DNA from: Mizuhopecten yessoensis | Taxonomy: Eukaryota | NCBI RefSeq assembly: GCF_002113885.1 | Contig: NW_018404097.1 | Location: 1,422,950-1,486,949 of the forward strand | Direction: 5' to 3' | Length of the DNA: 64,000 bases | Shown: piece by piece, positions 59,330 through 64,000 of the stretch | How the letters are laid out: the number at the start of each line of letters is the position of its first letter | How positions within the stretch are numbered: position 1 is the stretch's first letter | Program-made: the position numbers and the translations under genes | Notes under the pieces: model-generated | Told to the model about the DNA's origin: nothing | The model's input: only the letters and a program-made list of their open reading frames with translations | Databases searched by the model: none

Positions 59330-62300
59330 TGCCCTGGTAACTCAGCACATTGATTCACTGGTACTTCTGTTGGCCCTGGTAACTCAGCATGTTGATACAC
59401 TGGTACTTCTGTTGGCCATGGTAACTTGGCACATTGATACACTGGTACTCCTGTTGGCCATGGTAACTCAGCACGCAGATACACTGGTACTTCTGTTGGC
59501 CATGGTAACTTGGCACATTGATTCACTGGTACTTCTGTTGGCCATGGAAACTTGGCACATTGATACACTGGTCCTTCTGTTGGCCATGGTAACTCGGCAC
59601 ATTGATACACTGGTACTCCTGTTGGCCCTGGTAACTCAGCAGGTTGATTCACTGGTACTTCTGTTGGCCCTGGCAACTCGGCATGTTGATACACTGGTAC
59701 TCCTGTTGGCCATGGTAACTCAGCATGTTGTTACACTGGTACTCCTGTTGGCCATGGTAACTTGGCACATCGATACACTGGTACTTCTGTTGGCCATTGT
59801 AACTTGGCACATTGATACACTGGTACTTATGTTGACCCTGGTAACTCAGAACATTGATACGCTGGTACTTCTGTTGACCATGGTAACTCAGAACATTGAT
59901 ACGCTGGTACTTCTGTTGACCATGGTAACTCAGAACATTGATACGCTGGTACTTCTGTTGACCATGGTAACTCAGAACATTGATACAAACTTGGCACATT
60001 GATACACTGGTCCTTCTGTTGGCCATGGTAACTCAGCACATTGATACACTGGTACTACTGTTGGCCCTGGTAACTCAGCATAGTGATACACTGGTACTTC
60101 TGTTAACGATGGTAACTTGGCACATTGATGCACTGGTACTTCTGTTGGCCCGGGTAACTCAGCATGTTGATTCACTGGTACTTCTGTTGGCCATGGAAAC
60201 TTGGCACATTGATACACTGGTACTTATGTTGACCCTGGTAACTCAGAACATTGATACGCTGGTACTTCTGTTGACCATGGTAACTCAGAACATTGATACG
60301 CTGGTACTTCTGTTGACCATGGTAACTCAGAACATTGATACGCTGGTACTTCTGTTGACCATGGTAACTCAGAACATTGATACAAACTTGGCACATTGAT
60401 ACACTGGTACTTCTGTTGGCCCTGGTAACTCGGCATGTTGATACACTGGTACTTCTGTTGGCCATGGTAACTCAGCATGTTTATACACTGGTACTTCTGT
60501 AGGCCACGGTAACTCAGCACGTTGATGCACTGATACTTCTGTTGGCCATGGCAACTTGGCACATTGATACACTTGTACTTCTGTTGGCCCGGGTAACTCA
60601 GCACACAGATACACTGGTACTTCGGTTGGCCCTGGTAACTCAGAACATTGATACACTGGTTCTCCTGTTGGCCATGATAACTTAGCACATTGATACACTG
60701 GTTCTCCTGTTGGCCATGATAACTTAGCACATTGATACACTGGTCCTTCTGTTGGCCATGCTAACTTGGCACATTGAAACACTGGTACTTCTGTCCGCCA
60801 TGGTAGCTTGGCACATTGATACACTGGTACTTCTGTTGGCCATGGTAACTCGGCACATTCATACACTGGTACTTCTGTTGGCCATGGTAACTCAGCACAT
60901 TGATACATGTTGATACACTGGTACTCCTGTTGGCCATGGTAACTCAGCACGCAGATACACTGGTACTTCTGTTGGCCCTGGTAACTTGGCACATTGATAC
61001 ACTGGTACTTCTGTTGGCCCTGGTAACTCAGCACACAGATACACTGGTTCTTCTGTTGGCCCTGGTAACTCATAACATTGATACACTGGTACTCCTGTTG
61101 GCCATGGTAACTCAGCACGCAGATACACTGGTACTTCTGTTGGCCCTGGTAACTCAGCAGGTTCATTCACTGGTACTTCTGTTGGCCATGGTAACTTGGC
61201 CCATTGATACCCTGGTACTTCTGTTGGCCCTGGTAACTCAGCACATTGATTCACTGGTACTTCTGTTGGCCCTGGTAACTCAGCAGGATCATTCACTGGG
61301 ACTTCTGCTGGCCATGGTAACTTGGCACATTGATACACTGGAACTTCTGTTGGCCATGGTAACTCAGAACATTGATACACTGGGACTTCTGTTGACCCTG
61401 GTAACTCAGAACATTGATACACTGGTACTTCTGTTGGCCCTGGTAACTTGGCACATTGATACACTGGTACTTCTATTGGCCCTGGTAACTTGGCACATTG
61501 ATACACTGGTACTTCGGTTGGCCCTGGTAACTCAGCATGTTGATACACTCGTACTTCTGTTGGCCCTGGTAACTCAGCAGGTTCATTCACTGGTACTTCT
61601 GTTGGCCATGGTAACTTGGCACATTGATACAGTGGTACTTCTGTTGGCCATGGTAACTCAGAACATTGATACACTGGGACTTCTGTTGACCCTGGTAACT
61701 CAGAACATTGATACACCGGTACTTCTGTTGGCCATGGTAACTCAGCACATTGATACACTGGTACTCCTGTTGGCCATGGTAACTCAGAACATTGATACAC
61801 TGGCACTTCTGTTGGCCATGGTAACTTGGCACATTGATACAGTGGTACTTCTGTTGGCCATGGTAACTCAGAACATTGATACACTGGCACTTCTGTTGGC
61901 CATGGTAACTTGGCACATTGATACAGTGGTACTTCTGTTGGCCATGGTAACTCAGAACATTGATACACTGGTACTTCTGTTGACCATGGTAACTCAGAAC
62001 ATTGATACACTGGTACTTCTGTTGTCCCTGGTAACTCAGAACATTGATACACCGGTACTTCTGTTGGCCATGGTAACTCAGCACATTGATACACTGGCAC
62101 TCCTGTTGGCCATGGTAACTTGGCACATTGATACAGTGGTACTTCTGTTGGCCATGGTAACTCAGAACATTGATACACTGGCACTTCTGTTGGCCATGGT
62201 AACTTGGCACATTGATACACTATACACTGGTACTTCTGTTGGCCCTGGTAACTTGGCACATTGATACACTGGTACTTCGATTGGCCCTGGTAACTCAGCA

Positions 62301-62618
62301 TGTTGATACACTGGTACTCCTGTTGGCCATGGGAACTCAGAACATTGATACACTGGTACTTCTGTTGGCCATGGTAACTCAGCACGCAGATACACTGGTA
62401 CTTCTGTTGGCCCTGGTAACTCAGAACATTGATACACTGGTACTTCTGTTGGCCATGGTAACTTGGCACATTCATACACTGGTACTTCTGTTGGCCATGG
62501 TAACTTGGCACATTGATACACTGGTACTTCTGTTGACCCTGGTAACTCAGAACATTGATACACCGGTACTTCTGTTGGCCATGGTAACTCATCATGTTGA
62601 TACACTGGTACTTCTGTT
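59330..62618. repeat. 42-bp satellite array, about 3.3 kb (about 78 units)
   Basis: GGTAACTCAGCACATTGATACACTGGTACTTCTGTTGGCCAT; explains all the 14-aa-periodic ORFs from 59317 to 62719. Confidence 0.96.
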
Positions 62619-64000
62619 ACTGCCCTCTCCACTGGAGTGCTGATCTGGTTCTGAGACTTGATCCTGAAAAAATTGTTATTCAAGGAAATAGACAATTGTT
62701 GATGTACTGAATTGATCACCAGAACTGAATATTAGGTAAATCATTGCAACCTCGGAAGCTTCTCTCAGTGCAGTCTTGGTGTTGCTGACATTGCAACATA
62801 CAATAGATATGATATGTCACAACCCTACAATTGTAAATGTATGTTGTTAATTACCTGCTGTGCTTGCTAGAGAGTGGATATATAAATGTGTGTGCTAGTT
62901 GTGTATAGAGATATGTAATATTAGTGCTTGCTATGTATATTAGACAAGAAATAACTTATTGGACGAGATGCAATGCAAACAGAGAAAATGGTAACTATCT
63001 CTCTTATAGAGAAAACAACCATTTCATTTGTAGTAGGTCCATTTTCGTTTGTTCAGACAGGATGGTGAAACTTTGTACTTGATCCAAATCAAGATGTGAG
63101 CTAATCCATTCCATGTAGAATTATAACTGACAAACTAGGCTGGAAAAATATCTCCCAATCTTCCTAAAAATTAGCTAGCAGGTCTACTCCTATTGCTGCA
63201 TTGCAGAATTTTGGTCTAGCCACTCTGTCTGATTAACCGAAAAGGTCCGCAGTTTGTATGTAACATGGAGATCAATCTGTATTATAAGCATGTAAAGGAG
63301 TGATGGATGTAATTGAGGTTAAGATTATGAATGTAGATGGTTCCTCTGTAAAAAAGAAGTGTATTGTTCTTTTTCTTGTTGTGACACAACTCTGCAACTT
63401 GAGCCTTTAAATCTATTCAATATTACCAGTACTGTAGGGCTGGTCTAAATACTCTGTGTGTGCCCTATTGAGGGTGTACATACGAACAATACAGTGTCAA
63501 GTCTGTCAGACTACAGTATCATGTTATCACTGTCACGCCACCTGTGACTACGACCTGTAACAGTATACTGGTACGGTTAGCCAGACTCAATATTGAACAT
63601 AAAATAACAAGATTATTTTTCCAAGAGATTGATGGGGTCATTTCCAATACTTTTAATATATATATATATATGTAAACATTGTGAACGCCTTCACTCAATC
63701 TTGTCCAGAATCAATTTATTTTTATATATCACCTAATTGATAACGTAGTCCATTTCTCTATCATGTTTGAGACTATGAGATGATAATCAACCAGACACAT
63801 CGGATGTTAGTGTATACATTCATACTAAGCCTTCATCATGTTCTGGGGGCTTTCATAAACAACTGGCGCCACCATTTCTTCAAACAACAACTTTAAGATG
63901 CGTGTTTCATTTAAAGTTGTGAACGATTTTATACTGTACACATTTCTTTCTGTTTAAATTTTATTGTTATCTATCTAGGCTTATCTATTTTCCAAATAAA

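Noticed and set aside
59317-62719. Many long ORFs with 14-aa periodicity on both strands
   Set aside because: They are translations of the 42-bp satellite, open in several frames and broken by unit truncations.

Overview
AT-rich animal genomic DNA with spliceosomal GT-AG introns. It is probably from a bivalve mollusc, inferred from the Helentron/HINE-type repeats; there are no prokaryotic features. The window holds one complete 12-exon + strand gene (CDS 8346..55591, 2481 nt, 826 aa) encoding a TBC1D14/TBC1D12-family Rab-GAP with intact IxxDxxR and YxQ catalytic motifs. A divergently transcribed multi-exon minus-strand gene of unknown function starts at ATG 6220 and probably runs off the left edge. 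The two share a probable bidirectional promoter at about 7880-8100. Introns are full of minisatellites and non-autonomous DNA transposons: hAT-like, two Helentron/HINE copies with 146-bp arrays, piggyBac- and Kolobok-like MITEs, two inverted PIF/Harbinger-like elements each with a 122-aa ORF, a tRNA-derived SINE and a candidate solo LTR. The most unusual pattern is repeated duplication or tandem amplification of real exon/intron junctions in both genes. One TBC intron has its donor copied about 32 times and its acceptor 4 times. In the cases I translated, using an extra site gives an in-frame premature stop. Most long ORFs in the supplied track are artefacts of tandem repeats. All coordinates were read by eye and no searches were run.
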